In this document: positions 24,965-37,900 of the stretch, piece by piece
How the letters are laid out: the number at the start of each line of letters is the position of its first letter
Numbering within the stretch: position 1 is the first letter of the stretch
DNA from: Vicugna vicugna
Lineage: Eukaryota
Direction of reading: 5' to 3'
DNA length: 64,000 nt
Assembly (NCBI GenBank): GCA_013265495.1
Contig: MU061579.1
Span: 3,717,319 to 3,781,318, forward strand
The notes under the pieces: model-generated
The model's database searches: none
What the model was told of the DNA's origin: nothing
What the model saw: the letters and a program-made list of their open reading frames with translations, nothing else
Position numbers and translations under genes: made by a program

Positions 24965-25595
24965 AAGAATGCAGATCCTTGGGTTTCTATTATATCAGCT
25001 AGATTGAAAAATAATGTCATTTGTCAAAACAGGGAGTTTAGACAGGAACCAGCAGTTGAGATGGGAATACTGAGTCTGAAGTATTTGTGGGCCATGAAAA
25101 TCAGAAAGGTGTGCATGGCTGAAGCTCCACAGAGAACTCCAGACTGGAGATAGTGAGTTGTGTCATCAGCATAGAGGAGGTAGTTGAAGACATGGGATGA
25201 GCTGACTCACAAAGGGTATAAATGTACAAAGAAATCCAAAATGGAACACTGGAAGATAGGGAAACACATGCCTCAGAGAAGAGTAAAATAAGTCACAATG
25301 GAAACACTGCTTTCCTGGTAGACAAGGAAGAACAGAGTTTCAAAAAGAAAAGAAAAGATTAACAGTGTAAATGTCAAGAAGAGTTTAAATGTGATAAGGA
25401 CTAAAATGTGTCTATTAGATTAAGCAAAGAATAAGACAGTGCTGACCTTTGAGAAAAATTCAATAAAAATGGTAAGGGCAAAAGTTAAATTACATGGAGC
25501 TGTGATACGGATAGGAAGTTAGACTTAGTGTTTCAAATATTTCCATCATGAAGAGAAGGAGGATTGGAAAGCAGCTAGAAAGGTCAAAGTGGCCA

Positions 25596-25847
25596 CAGTG
25601 TATTCTCAGCAGGGGCAATGTCACCTACAAGGGACATATTAGTTTTTTTTTTTAAACAAAGGAATGAGAATGGAAAAAAATCTAACTCTTTTTGAATAAA
25701 AACATTAAGATACATATAATACTCAAAGAGGCATAGAGTATATCTATAGTATTAAAATTCGTGGGGCAAAATTAGGAAAAATTGTCCAGAAAGTTTCCCT
25801 AAGAGACTAATAATAATAAAAATAATAAAATTTTTAAAAACTTGGGT
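25596..25847. mobile_element. hAT-Charlie MITE (MER112-like)
   Basis: cagtgtattctcagcaggggcaatgtcacc start; gtatatctatagtattaaaattcgtgggg...ttaggaaaaattgtc interior. Confidence 0.55.
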
Positions 25848-26194
25848 AAAGTAGTAGTGCTTGCAGAAAAGGAATTATTGAAAGATAAAGAAAAAATAAA
25901 AGTATTTATAATCGATAAAAATTATAATAAAAAGTTGAGATGCAAGAGGAAACAGATGTGAGAAAAAGATTAATCTTAGAAAGTATAAACGATACTTTTT
26001 TCTCTGAAAGGAAGAAAAACTAAGAATGAAAGGAGACACCCATATTTTGTAAATGAGAGAGCCCTGTTGGAGGCTTTTATCTTCTTGTTTCTAAGAGATC
26101 AAATCATTTGATCAGAGTGAAGGATCAAGAGATCAGACAGAGAGAAGAAATTAGAAGTTAAGGACATATTAAACTATTATGGAGAAAACAGAAT

Positions 26195-26730
26195 ATTCTA
26201 GGCAGAGTTCTAAAGATGACCTGCAAGACTCCTGCCCCTTGGGGTACACGTCCTGCTTTTAGTTCCCTCCCTGTGGATGTGAGCAGGACTAGGAATGACT
26301 AATTTTGCTCCCACGATTAGGTTAATTTATATGACAAAGGAAGGGATTTGAATAGGTAATTCCCACATATTTTGGAGGAATCAAAAGAGAGATTAAGCTG
26401 GGTGATCCAATGCTTGATCCAATCAATCCTTTCAAATCTTGGAAGGGCTTGGGCCCTTCCTGAAGGAAGAGTTTCAAAATTCCTGTGTAGTTCCTTCTGT
26501 TGGCACTGAAAAAGTAAACAGTTGTTTTGTGAACCACTATGGAATTTGTTCGCATGACAATGAACCATGTGTGGCCTTAGGAGTTGGGCAGTTCCTGGTA
26601 GGTATTTAGGAAGAAGATGGGCAGCTCAGTTTTAAGACCACCAGGAAATGAATTCTGCCAACAACCTGAATGTGTTTAGAATGAGATCCTTCCCTAGTTG
26701 AGCCTCCAGAAAAGAATATAGTCAGTGAGG
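26195..26730 (+). mobile_element. MLT1E/F-type MaLR LTR, 3' end missing
   Basis: taggcagagttctaaagatgacc...gattaggttaatttatatgacaaagg...ggaaatgaattctgccaacaacctgaatg. Confidence 0.8.
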
Positions 26731-26949
26731 CTAGAATCCATCTGTACAGCTGTAGAAAGATTTTCCAGAATCACTTAGTCTCTAGAGGTGAGGGAGCAGG
26801 AGTTACCTGCAATTTTTCTAGAAAAGAGTGGTAGAAGGGAAGGAGAGGGAAGGACAACATAACAGAAAAAAATTAACATTGGCACGGGAGTGACTTAAGT
26901 AATGGAACCTGAGAGGGCCACTACTATTTATCAGGAGTATGATGGTAAG

Positions 26950-27090
26950 AAACCTCCCTGTGTCTTAGTTTCCTCATCTGAAAAGTGGGATAATAATAGT
27001 AGATACCTCATAGGATTGTTGTGGATGCTTAATACATATAAAGCATGTACAGTTGTGCCTGCCCCATGGTGAGCCCTTAAGAACTGTTAG
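26950..27090 (+). mobile_element. MIR SINE
   Basis: Core tgtgtcttagtttcctcatctgaaaagtgggataataatagt...cctcataggattgttgtg. Confidence 0.9.
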
Positions 27091-27310
27091 GCAGTGATAA
27101 AGGGAGTAGTGATGAAGTCATAGTAATGTTAATGGAGAAGGAAGATGAAATCAGAGTGAACAGATTAGAAGAAAGTAGAAATTAAAGGACTGCATGAAAG
27201 CAGAAAATCAAAGGAAAAATGTGGGTAGGGTCAAGAAAAAAGGGAGCCCAAGGGGACTGTAGTTAAAGTGCAATATTGGATTTACAATTTGGAAGAATGT
27301 TACCCTTCAG

Positions 27311-27720
27311 TGCAGTTCTACAAGGATCAAGTCTTAGCCACTGTAGTTGCTGACCTACCTACAGGATGAAGAACAGGATAAGGCACTCTGTGCTTTGGGA
27401 AAACAGGGAAAACAAGCCCTTAGATAGGTAGATATATTCCAGGAAATTTTTTAATAAACCCAGATTCTTGCATCTTCCCAATCATTAACTAAGATATCTG
27501 GGCCTCATGACTAGCAGTAACCTTTTACTGAGACTTATGCTTGACCACACTTATTCCCTAGCCAAAACCACATATATACTGGTCTCTCCCCCTCCCTTGT
27601 GGGAGCAGTTCCTCAGAGCTCTCTGAGAGGCTGTCTCCCAGGCTATAGTCCTCAGTAAGACATTGAATAAAACTCAACTCATAGCTTTTAACATTGTATG
27701 GTTTTTTTTCCTAGTTGACA
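27311..27720 (+). mobile_element. ERV1-class solo LTR resembling artiodactyl MER41-like elements
   Basis: TG...CA termini (tgcagttc / gttgaca); gagcagttcctcagagctctctgagaggctgtctcccaggctatagtcctcagtaag; AATAAA 27666-27671. Confidence 0.7.
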
Positions 27721-27743
27721 AGTACTTGGAAGTGAACTTGGAA

Positions 27744-27761
27744 GTGTGTGTGTGTGTGTGT
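27744..27761. repeat. (GT)n microsatellite, ~9 units
   Basis: gtgtgtgtgtgtgtgtgt read directly. Confidence 0.95.
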
Positions 27762-27859
27762 ATCATAGATCTTTTGCACCCAGAGAAATACATGACACAA
27801 TTTTTGATGGAATATTTGTGGAAAAGAAAAAGAAAAAATAATATGAAACAGGAGGGAAT

Positions 27860-29240
27860 ATAGCTAAATGGATTGGTAGGTATTCAAACAATTAATCTCA
27901 CAAAACAGATTCATATCAACTGGGATAAAAGTCCCTGGGGGCATATTTAGGATTCTTTTTGTTAAACGGTATTAATTATCTGTGTGGCATGGTTGGCTAA
28001 GCTGTAATGTTTGTAAAATACAGAGATACCTTGATGCGTGGCTTAAATGGAAATATAAAATATTTTTAAGATGAAATAATGGTATGTAACTTGTTGGAAT
28101 TTAAAACCTTTGTCTAAGGCACTCACAATTTTTGTGGAAGCATAAGATACTAAGTGTATTTGTTTGCAAAAAGAGCCACATTGTTTTGTAACTGTTCTCA
28201 TCCAAGATGTAGAACCCATTACTCTACCCTTGACGGGGGAACTTGCCTGCCTTCTTATTTGCTCTACCTAACTGAATGTGGAGAAAGTGATGCTGTGCTA
28301 TTTCTTAGCTTAAGCCTTAGAAGCTGAACAGCTTCCATTCTTGCTCATTTTGGGATTCTGTGACTATCATATGAAGAAATGTATCTGATGAGAAACATGA
28401 AACATAGAGCCTTCTGTTGCCCTGGTCCACAGTCCAGCCACTGCCTGACATGTGCATGAAGCCCTCCTGGATCAGTCAACCATCAACCAACCCACCAGCA
28501 AAGCACATTCCATGAATGAGCCCAGTGGAGGTCAGTCAAGTTGGCTCAGACACCAGTAGTTGAACTGCCTGCCAACACAAAATGGTGAGCGAAATAAACA
28601 TCTGCTATTTTAAGCCCCTAGGTTGTGAAATGGTTGGTATGGACATGGTAATGCAGCTAGAGAAAACAAGCTAATGTTTTGTTTATATACTCAGTATGAT
28701 CACCTAACTGCTAAGGGGCTACAACAAAGAGAGAAAGAAAATAAACACAGTGACACATTTTCTTAGTTTGTATTAATTGAGATAAACTTCCCAGAACAAT
28801 ACTGATAATCATTCTAGGCTGCATTCTCCCAGCCATGTTACAGATGGAGAATGGTATTCAAGTGAAGTATTTTATAGGACTATTAATTAATCGCTGCATA
28901 TGCAAAGGGAAATAACCAGAATTGTTATCCTAAGACTCCATCATTCATTTCTTGTAAAACCTGAAGATATGAAAATTCAGGAAAAGCCTAAGAACTTATC
29001 TCCAAATATCTTAGATTTAACATGTCATGGAGGACTGAACTTATACTCTGCATGGCTCTGAAATGCAGAGAATACATCAGAATATTTAGGGGAAAACAAA
29101 TATCAGCTTAATCCAACCAGAAATATTCCAATAGTTAAATTCAAAAGGAATTAAGTTGTAAATTGGTAAAGACACCTTTCACAAGAAGCATGGAATCAAG
29201 TTAAGGCTAGAACTGTAGCATTCCTTCCAACAAGGAAGTG
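27860..29240 (+). mobile_element. L3/CR1 LINE relic interrupted by an MLT1
   Basis: agctaaatggattggtag...aaagtccctgggggc; ctaggctgcatt; ccaatagttaaa...ttccttccaac 3'-end-like motif. Confidence 0.45.
28155..28660 (+). mobile_element. MLT1G/H-type MaLR LTR
   Basis: ttgcaaaaagagccaca...gaatgtggagaaagtgatgctgtg...aaataaacatctgctattttaagcccctagg. Confidence 0.75.
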
Positions 29241-29489
29241 TTACTACGTTACATGCACTTTCTAACACAAGGGAGAGAATGGATTGTCTTTAAGCTTGAT
29301 CACAATGTCAATCAAGAGAACATCCCTCTTCCATGTATACACATTGGAAGAGCTCAGTAAAACAAAATAACTAACTAACCACGCCATCTAAGAAACTTTT
29401 AAAATACACTGAGCCTTGAGTTTTGCCTTAAAAGATAGAAAGAAGGGGTATTTAAATTCAGTTCCCTAAAGCTTATATCTATCACCAAG

Positions 29490-29750
29490 CATGTAATAAC
29501 AATGGATAATGTTTACGGACTACTTACTAAGTACACAAAACTCTGCTGACTGTATCCATTTATCTCTCTTTCAACTTTGCAATAGTCCTGTTAGATATGA
29601 ATCCATATTTCTCCAGTTTAGAGATAAAGAAACTCAAAGAACAAAAAGGTTAAGTAATTTGCCTAAGAATGCACTGCTAGAAAAGAGCAGAGTCAGCAAC
29701 CACCCTCATTCAATGAGACCCCAGACCCCACGTGTTTAACCAGTTGGGCA
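29490..29750 (-). mobile_element. MIR SINE
   Basis: ccagtttagagataaagaaactcaaag...aggttaagtaatttgcctaag. Confidence 0.8.
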
Positions 29751-30760
29751 CTACCTCCATGAAAAACTCTATGCGAGACACTGCACTGGGCTCAGGGAGA
29801 GACACTGACCTAAATATTTCTAACTGAAGCTCTAAAGACTACCATAGCATGAGAAGAAACAATATGGAGTAACTAAATACAACTGAAGACAGAGTTTGGT
29901 AAATTTTAAAATGTACCCACAAATCAAATGCTATGGGACCACAGTAGTGGCTGAGATTTGTTTCACTGAGGAGATTAGGGACAACTTCATGGAGGAGATG
30001 ATATTTAATTTTGATTTTGAAGGAGGGATGTAATTTTAAGCATTTTTATCACTCTGACAATTTAAGAGACAGATGATGTTTTGTTGCTATGGGATGAAGC
30101 AAAACCTCCAGGGGGAATTGAGAGAGAATTTTTTTCTCCTATTCACAAGGCAAAGCAGCTCTGCTACCAAAAAAGAAAAATCAGGTACATGAGCTCTTAG
30201 ATTCCTGTAGATATCTTTTACTAAGACAGTATTTTATTTCACACATTCTGCAATACATGAAAGTTTATCTCACATGCAACTTTCTTTGAGTTGCATGTGC
30301 TTTCGATAAAATGCAATGCTGTCAGAGAATTAACAAAAGTAAAATTGTAGGGTATAGTTATGTGCTTCACTGAGTTCTTAAAAAGGAATCTGTAAAATAA
30401 ATTAGAGCAATAGTATCTTAAAATCTGCAAACACTTTGCAATGAAATTAGAAGGGCATCCAAAACAAATAAACAAACACTTTTTAATCTATCTGCTAAAT
30501 TATCTTTTTTAGGTTTTCTTTTTCTCCTCCCTCTCAGTCCTAGACATGGGTTCCTTATCTTAGCATCACATAAAAGAACAATCCTTGAATTTACTTTCAA
30601 ACTAGAAACCCCTGTCTCTACCTAGTCCTTCCCAGTTAAAGCTTTAGTTGAAGACTACATTGTGGAACCAGCCTGTCATGTCTACCTGGTAGTTCAGTCT
30701 CCCATGAAACTTTCAGGGCCTTTTGGGTCATCTGCTTTATGTGCCACTGGCCTCACTCAC

Positions 30761-30904
30761 ATCCCCAAAGTGCACCACACCATCCATGAAATTGACATCT
30801 CTGACAGAATGCCTCATGCTCAGTGATGCCTTCTTCCGAGAGATATCCCTTCGGACAAAGACCAAAAGGGGGATGGGGGTAGCAGAAGCGAAAACAAAAT
30901 AAGC
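30761..30904 (-). other. Candidate 144-nt exon
   Basis: Minus strand: ttctgtcttctcttcag|GCTTAT...GGGGAT|gtgagt; length divisible by 3 and open in phase 0; peptide not recognised. Confidence 0.3.
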
Positions 30905-31269
30905 CTGAAGAGAAGACAGAACTGTTTCTTGAAAAGTTGCAAATGCCATGCTACAATAAATGAATTTCACTGAGTAATCTGGAATTCTTTAAATGTGGTA
31001 GCAGTACCATGATCATCTGTATTGCTTCAGTGGCACATAAAAACAAGAACATGAGAAAATACAGCAAGGGAAATCAGTTTATCACAGTGTGATGATTCAG
31101 ATGTGTGGTGGAAGTGGTCAGAAATGGACAGCTGAAGTGGAAATGAATGGGCAGGGTGGATGGAAGAGGGGCTGCAGAAGTAGCATAAACAGAAAGCGAT
31201 GCCGCAGCTAAGGAACTGCTGATAGCAGAGGACGACCATAAAGCTTCCAGCCTAGGAGGCTGATGAGTT

Positions 31270-31995
31270 TAATTCACTCAAGAAAACCTTCCTAGGTACT
31301 TGAAATGGGCTGGACGCAGAGAGCGGCAATTGGATACAGGGAGGAAAAAGAAGCACAATTCCTACTATCAGATAGTTTGCAGTTTATCGTGGAAGATCAA
31401 TAGCCAGAACAATAAGAATTAATGATAATTGTAAGCAGCGGAGCTTCAGAAATGGTTCGTTTGTTTAAAGATAGAGCCACGGCTTGAAAGGATGATATTC
31501 AGGAACAGCTTATACTAATAGGTGACAAGTGAGTGAATTATAAAAATAAATGTGTATATTTTGCTAGAAATAGTTGGATGGGAAAAGGGCATACTTGCAA
31601 GAGAGGTCAACAACTTCAAATTGTTATGGGGGGCATAAGAAAAACTTCAAAATTTTATGGCCATTATTCACGCCTAGAAATTAGAATTTAGTGGGAGACC
31701 AAGAAAAAATAAAATTTTGTGTGGTCAGGGAGATTTTTCATGGAAGATTTCTGTGGATAATGCCTTGAATCAATGGAAAACATTAAAAGATTTTAATCAA
31801 GGAAGTTCAAGGATTAGATTTGTATTTCAAAAATCTCTAGGGCTGCATCATGGAAGATTGATTCATGGTGACCAGACGGGAGACATGAGACCAGTTAGGG
31901 AGAAGATGCTGTAAGGAAGGGGAGAAGTGGTAATGACCTTTCCTAGAGGGCAGGGGAAAAGGTAACAGAGATTAGAAAACATTTGAAATGGTTTC
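31270..31995 (-). mobile_element. L2 relic
   Basis: aatggaaaacattaaaagattttaatcaagg...attagatttgtatttcaaaa...gagaccagttaggg. Confidence 0.7.
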
Positions 31996-32089
31996 TTAAG
32001 AGGATGAAATTAGTATTATGTTATGATCAAAAAATATGTGCTAAGATTCTACTGCTTTAGAAAGGCCATCTCTGCTAAGGGTAAGTAAT

Positions 32090-32955
32090 AGCCACCCACA
32101 GCAGAGACATCTGCCCACCCGCATCCTTCCGCCTTGCTTTCCTTTATGACATTATTGTACTCTAAGTAGCAATGAAAATGCCAAAAAGACAGCATCTCTT
32201 TCAGCATGATGTAGATGATTAGAATTAAATGAACATGATTTTTGGAGTCTCCAGGAAACAGCATTGAAAGGTGTCAACTTCTTCAGAATGTGCCTCTTTT
32301 TCCTCTTCTGTGCCTTCTGTTTTCTACTACCTGGAGCTTAGACTCAACAGCTGAAGTCCCAGCAGCCTCTATGAACTGAGAAGGGATTTTGTGTTGGGAG
32401 GTATCTTGGTCAGCTCAGGCTGCTGTAACGAAGTACCAGAGCCTGGGTAGCTTGCGAACAACAGAAATCTATTTCTCAGAGTGCAGGAAGCTGGAAGTCT
32501 GAGATCAGGGTGCCAGCAGGGCTGGTTCTGGTTAGAATATTCTGGTTTACAGACTGCCAACTTCTTGTTGTATCCTTACATAGCTGAGAGCAGAGACAGG
32601 CAGGAAAATCTCTCATGACTTATAAGAACACTAATCCAACTCATGAGGGCTCTACTCTTATGACCTCACCTAACCCTGATTCCTGCCCCCAAACCCTACC
32701 TCCTATTATCGTCACATTGGGGGATAGGGTTTCAATGTGTTAATCTTGCAGAGACATAAACATTAGTTCATAACTTAAACTGTATGTGAGAATTGTAGGA
32801 AAAAGTGGCTAAAACATCTCACAAGAAAATGATGCCACCATACAAACCCTGAACTACCTACAGATGGACTTTCTCTACCATCAGAGAGAAATTAAGAGGT
32901 CACTGTTATTTTAGGTTTTCTGTTTCACGTGAAGAAATCTAATCATAAATGATAT
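32090..32955. mobile_element. Old ERVL LTR (LTR33/LTR16-like) split by MLT1A
   Basis: ctggagcttagactcaacagctgaagtcccagcagcc before the insert; gccaccatacaaaccctgaactaccta...ctgttattttaggttttctg after it. Confidence 0.5.
32401..32775 (-). mobile_element. MLT1A-type MaLR solo LTR
   Basis: tcttggtcagctcaggctgctgtaacgaagtacca...gaagtctgagatcagggtgccagc...gacataaacattagttcataac. Confidence 0.88.
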
Positions 32956-32964
32956 ACCCTTTCC

Positions 32965-33990
32965 CCACCATGCTTAATATTTTTGTTACTTTCCATTACT
33001 TAAAATCATATTCTTTATTTATTTGTTACTTTTTCATTGTCTACCCAGTTCCCTCTAGCTCCTAAGCACTATGAGAGAACAGTTATTGTTTATCTTGTTT
33101 ATCATTATACCTGAAGCCTCTAGCACAGAATCTAGCATAAACTGGGTGGCCAACAGCTATGCTTTGAATGACTAAATGGCTGAATAAGACGGATGGGGAT
33201 AGGCAATAGGCAGATATATCAAATACTGGTTTCTGCCCTTGGAAGCTATATCAATGATATAGACAGCTTTCACATGGAGAAAACCTGAAAATCTGAGGAA
33301 AGGATGAGTTCAATTTTTAATATAATGAAACTGAGATGTGTATTTTACATCCAAGTTGAATCATCTGGGAGAAAATTAGGCGTATGAGTTTAGAGCTCAA
33401 AGGAGTGTTCTGGGTTTGGGAATAACAGTATTGTTAACCATCAGTCTACAGGGCATAATTTGAAGTCTAGGGAGTTGATGAGGTTGTACAAAGAAAATCA
33501 TTGAGAACAGAAGCCAGAGAAATGCAGTATTATGTGCAGTAGAAGAAGAGTTAGAAAGACAGGAAAAGAAAGGGAAACACATCCTGCAAAACAGACAGGG
33601 TTGTGTTGAAAGTAAGTGAGAGTGGTAAACCAGAGTCACATACTAAATAAGGTAAGAAATTATCCTTCCGATTTCACAACTTGAAGACACCCGTAAATAC
33701 TGGGGCAGCAATAGATTTTGTGAGATGAAAAGACAAAAGTACATGGAAACAAAATTGAGATATTGAATGTAGACCACTTTTTCATCCAACCATATGAGGA
33801 AAGCAACAGGAGAGACACAGCAGAATTAAGAAGAAAAGATGGGATGAAGAGAGAAATGTTTATTAATTTTCAAATGGGAGTCATTTGGATATGTTTTTAT
33901 CTAATGCAAAGTAAGAATCAATACAAAAGAAAGGAGTTAAAAATACAGGGAGAAGAGGAAATTTTGATGGGATAAAATCTCTCCAGATCC
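32965..33990. mobile_element. L2 fragments (plus-strand 3' end ~32965-33180; minus-strand ~33290-33990)
   Basis: tatcttgtttatcattatacctgaagcctctagcacagaatctagcata; gagctcaaaggagtgttctgggtttggg. Confidence 0.65.
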
Positions 33991-34379
33991 GTCAAGCTCA
34001 ATGTTTGAAGTGAGATATTTTGTGAGAAATTCTAAACTTGCAAGGAGAAAAGAGAAATTTACCTATATAGATCTAAATTCTGACTCGATTCCTGGTCACA
34101 ATTTGCACTGGCTTTTTGAAAACTGCAATGGAAATGTTCAGTCTGACATTTTATCTGGAATGATTTCTTCTTTGCAATTCCTGAAGAATTTGAAAGGTGA
34201 TTGGTTCCCTTCCTTGATGTGGAGTCAATATTTCCAAAACGTCTCCTTTGAGGCAAAGCTATCATTAGGACTAAAGCTAAGGTCTCTGCATGGGATTGAT
34301 GATTCCCCAATTTTGAAAACATGAATGAGGAAGTTGAGGGTATAATATTTAAGATATCTAAAGTGATGATGTTGAAGGG

Positions 34380-34595
34380 TGAAAAAGAAAAGGAAGCAAC
34401 ACTTTATAAAGTGCCTGCTATTTGTAATATTTTTCTCAATTCCACATATGACAGAATAGTAATTTTACATACACAGAGTGAAGTGGAGATGTCCGGTAAC
34501 TCACCCTGGGGACAGAGCTAGGATATGACAAAATCAAGATTCAACGTCAGTCTCTGATTTCGAAGTCCATGCTCATTCAAGCACACATCACTACT
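34380..34595 (-). mobile_element. MIR SINE
   Basis: attttacatacacagagtgaagtggagatgtccggtaactcaccctggggacagagctagg. Confidence 0.6.
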
Positions 34596-34807
34596 TCCTT
34601 AAAACTGTCCTGGTTGAAATGATCAGGATGGGTACTGCAATGTTGTGTCCATCAACACATCACTTCCTATGTAGAATAAAGTAATTAATTACTTACATTG
34701 TTAAGAGTACTTTCTGTACCGTGGTGTAAAGAAACTGGACTGAGCAACAAAACAACGTTATGACTTAAAAGAATAAGAGAACATCTCAAAATATTTTGTT
34801 TTAGTTC

Positions 34808-34989
34808 CTTTTTTAATTTTTTAAATTCTTATTTCTTATTGAAGTATAGTCAATTTATAATGTTAGTTTCATGCATACAGCAAAGCGATTCAGTTATACA
34901 TACACATACATATTTTTTTGTATTCCTTTCCACTACAGATCATTACATGAAATTGAACATAGTTCCTTGTGCTATACAGTAGGTCCTTC
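34808..34989 (-). mobile_element. Short L1 3'UTR insertion with 12-bp TSD
   Basis: ttgttttagttc at 34796-34807 and 34990-35001 flanking a T-rich tail plus L1 3'UTR. Confidence 0.92.
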
Positions 34990-37900
34990 TTGTTTTAGTT
35001 CTCAAATTTATTATACTAAACCCTCAAAATTAATTATTGCCAAAGGCTACAATTACATTGTTTCTTAAAGTTCTCAGGTAATAATTACTGACAAAATGAT
35101 ATTGAATCTCTAGCCTTTACAATCATTCTATTTTTATCTGTGTGCTTCATATCACTTAGTTTATGGACCAGGGAAAGTACGACCCTGTTAGGTATTGATG
35201 CTTTAAGGCAACAATTTTGTGTTACTGTCTCAGTATTTAGCAAATTCTTTGAATTCTCAAAGTAAGGCTTAGTGACTTAAATACATGAATAAAAAATAAA
35301 ACTTACAGGCCAATAAAAATATAAAAGAATAAATGTTCTTTAAGCTTTGATGGAAAAGCTTTATCTGATGGTGAGAACTCTGAGATATAATCTCTATGTC
35401 TTGGCATCACCATTCATATCTTCAAGTATGAATTGTTACAACTGACCATGATGAATCAAACCATTTCTACTTGTTTACGAGGGGGACTTGACAATTTGCA
35501 CCAAACTTAAGAAAATATCTTTACATTGAAAAGAGACAATGATCTCTACATAATAGACCAAGGGTTATTGTTGCTGAAACAAAAAGGAATCCTAAAGACA
35601 GGGTTTTTCCTGAAAGTATATTTAATTTAAAATATTGATGTTTCATCTTTAAATAATGAATGCCAATAGCTCCTACTGGATTTACTATTATTTATAAGTA
35701 TATCTTTGAAAAATTTAACAAATGTGTTGTAAAACATCAGAGAATGCTATTAATGTTGACTCATGTATGTAAAACAATATTTGAAAATTATTATCTTTTG
35801 GTGTATATTTTTCTCCCACAAAATCAGCCTTCCTTTGAAAATTATGAAAAGTAATATTATAGAAATATTTGGGATCATATATTTGTTTTTATACCCAAGG
35901 AAGATGTTTTAATTTTTCTACAAAAATCAAAATTTGAAGTTAAAGAAATGGAAAGGGATCAGAATTATAAAAATTTCAATTAGAATTTAGATAGAAACAT
36001 TCTGTAGTATAATATAATGTATTTGAAGGTCAATTGATGTATGTTATTTCTGAAAGTTATAGCAGTCAAGAAATTTTTTAAAATATATGATTAGTAACAT
36101 GTTTTACTGTCAATTCAAAAACAATCTCAACAATGATCTCTAATTAATTGCCAGGTAGAGCTTTACAAGTAATATTAGTACACGATGTTCTTAAGAGCAA
36201 GCAAGGAAATAGAGCACCAGTTTTCATAAAGCTGTATCTTGTATCTTCCCTTGATTAAGTCTGCCACATATAAAATGAAAGTGATTCTTCAAGGTCAAGG
36301 TTATAACTTACTGCTCTAAATAAATGGATCCTGACCATTCCTTGAAATGTTAGTCTTCCTAGAGTTAAAGGTATGCTGCATAGTCATCATCTGATCTTCA
36401 ATTGACAGCACTTTTCTAACCCATACACTAAACAACAGCTGAAAACAGAATTTTGAATTTATGACTCTTCTATTTTCATTTTTATTGAATATCAATGTTG
36501 TCACTGTTTGCTTAGGACCTAAATCTCCCTCACCATAGAGTATTTAATGAGGTGTGAGAATCCTTATCAGATTTCTAATCTTATTTTGGAAAAAGCATTT
36601 GATTTTAAGGGTCATAGACTACTTGTAGGGAGTAAAATTATGTTGATCACAAGACTGTTAAGGTATCATTAAAAGGTGATTTGTGTGGTGGCCAGGGTGG
36701 TGGATTAAGGATATTATATCTAGAGCATGTGTATTACATCAATATCACCATCTACAGGAGAAATGTAGGTGGATAATATCTGTATGTGAGTATTTTTTAA
36801 AGCAACAGTTTATTAACTAGGACTATGGAGATTACTAAGCCAACAGAAGAATCAGTCAAAGTAACTAAAATTTGTTACCTGTGGGAGGAAGGAATTAGGA
36901 TAAAAATGGATAGGTACAAAGAAGTTTTTGTTGGTTTTTTCTTTGTTTTGAATTTTGGTTAGAACATGGAGTACCATTTCACATTATATAACGTGGAGAC
37001 ATATTACTTAGATACAAATAAATATTACCCTAGATTTGCCTAGCATACAGTCTCTTGGTAAATACTAGGCAGTCAATAAATGTTGGTTCCTTCCAGTGAG
37101 AGTCCCAACTTACATGTCCCAAGAAGATATATATATATAGTTTTTGTGGTCTAGGATGCAGACATATTACTTAGTTTTTTTTCTTCATGGTCTTTTTCCA
37201 TTTTTTAGTTTATAACAGTGGGTGCTACCACAAAGACCCAACAACTGACATACTAATGTTGAAAGAATGAACAAGTTGCAATCTAATGTGATGGGGTTTA
37301 GAATTGGGTGAGACTTTCCAGAAAAGGTTGCTGGTGAGCTTCTTAAACAAGTATTTTGAAAAGATATTATGTGGTGAAGCAAGAGGTTATAGAGTGTAAA
37401 CAGAGACTAGCTGCCTGAGGCCTCAGAGGCAGGAATCAATATGAGATGTGTAGTCAACTGCAAACTGAGTTTTATGATTTAAATGTGGAAATACTTTCAA
37501 CAAATAACATAAAATTGTATCTTTAAGACTGGACAAAATAGTATTTAGTTGATATGTTCACTCTGTATTTGCTAAGGAATTTAAGAAGCCTCTGTACATT
37601 TCCGAGAAAGAAGTTAAAATAATAAAATTAGAATATGAAGGATATAATTGTAGAACAGTATACAAGATTGTTTGAAAGAGAAAGAGAAGCAAAACAACTA
37701 CTTCATGTATTTTCTCATGTAACAGTAACTGTATCTCTCAGATTTTTTTTTACTTTATTAAAGTAAGTGAAATTTCATCTGTGTTTAAGAAAATATTATC
37801 TCCTACACTCTTTAAAATGAAATACAGTGCACATATTTATGTAAGCCCTAATTTTTTTACACTGATTTGAATTTCTTGGGGAGGTTAAGGGTGTGGATGA

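Larger units (their letters stand above)
21985..26190 (-). mobile_element. Long fragmented L2 relic hosting later insertions
   Basis: Antisense L2 3' end (attcatccaattgatcatt...aaggcactatgttactgagtgctg) and L2 phrases at 22180-22420, 23400-23700, 24976-25560 (gagatgggaatactgagtctgaag; ctggagatagtgagttgtgtcatcagcatagagg). Confidence 0.7.
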
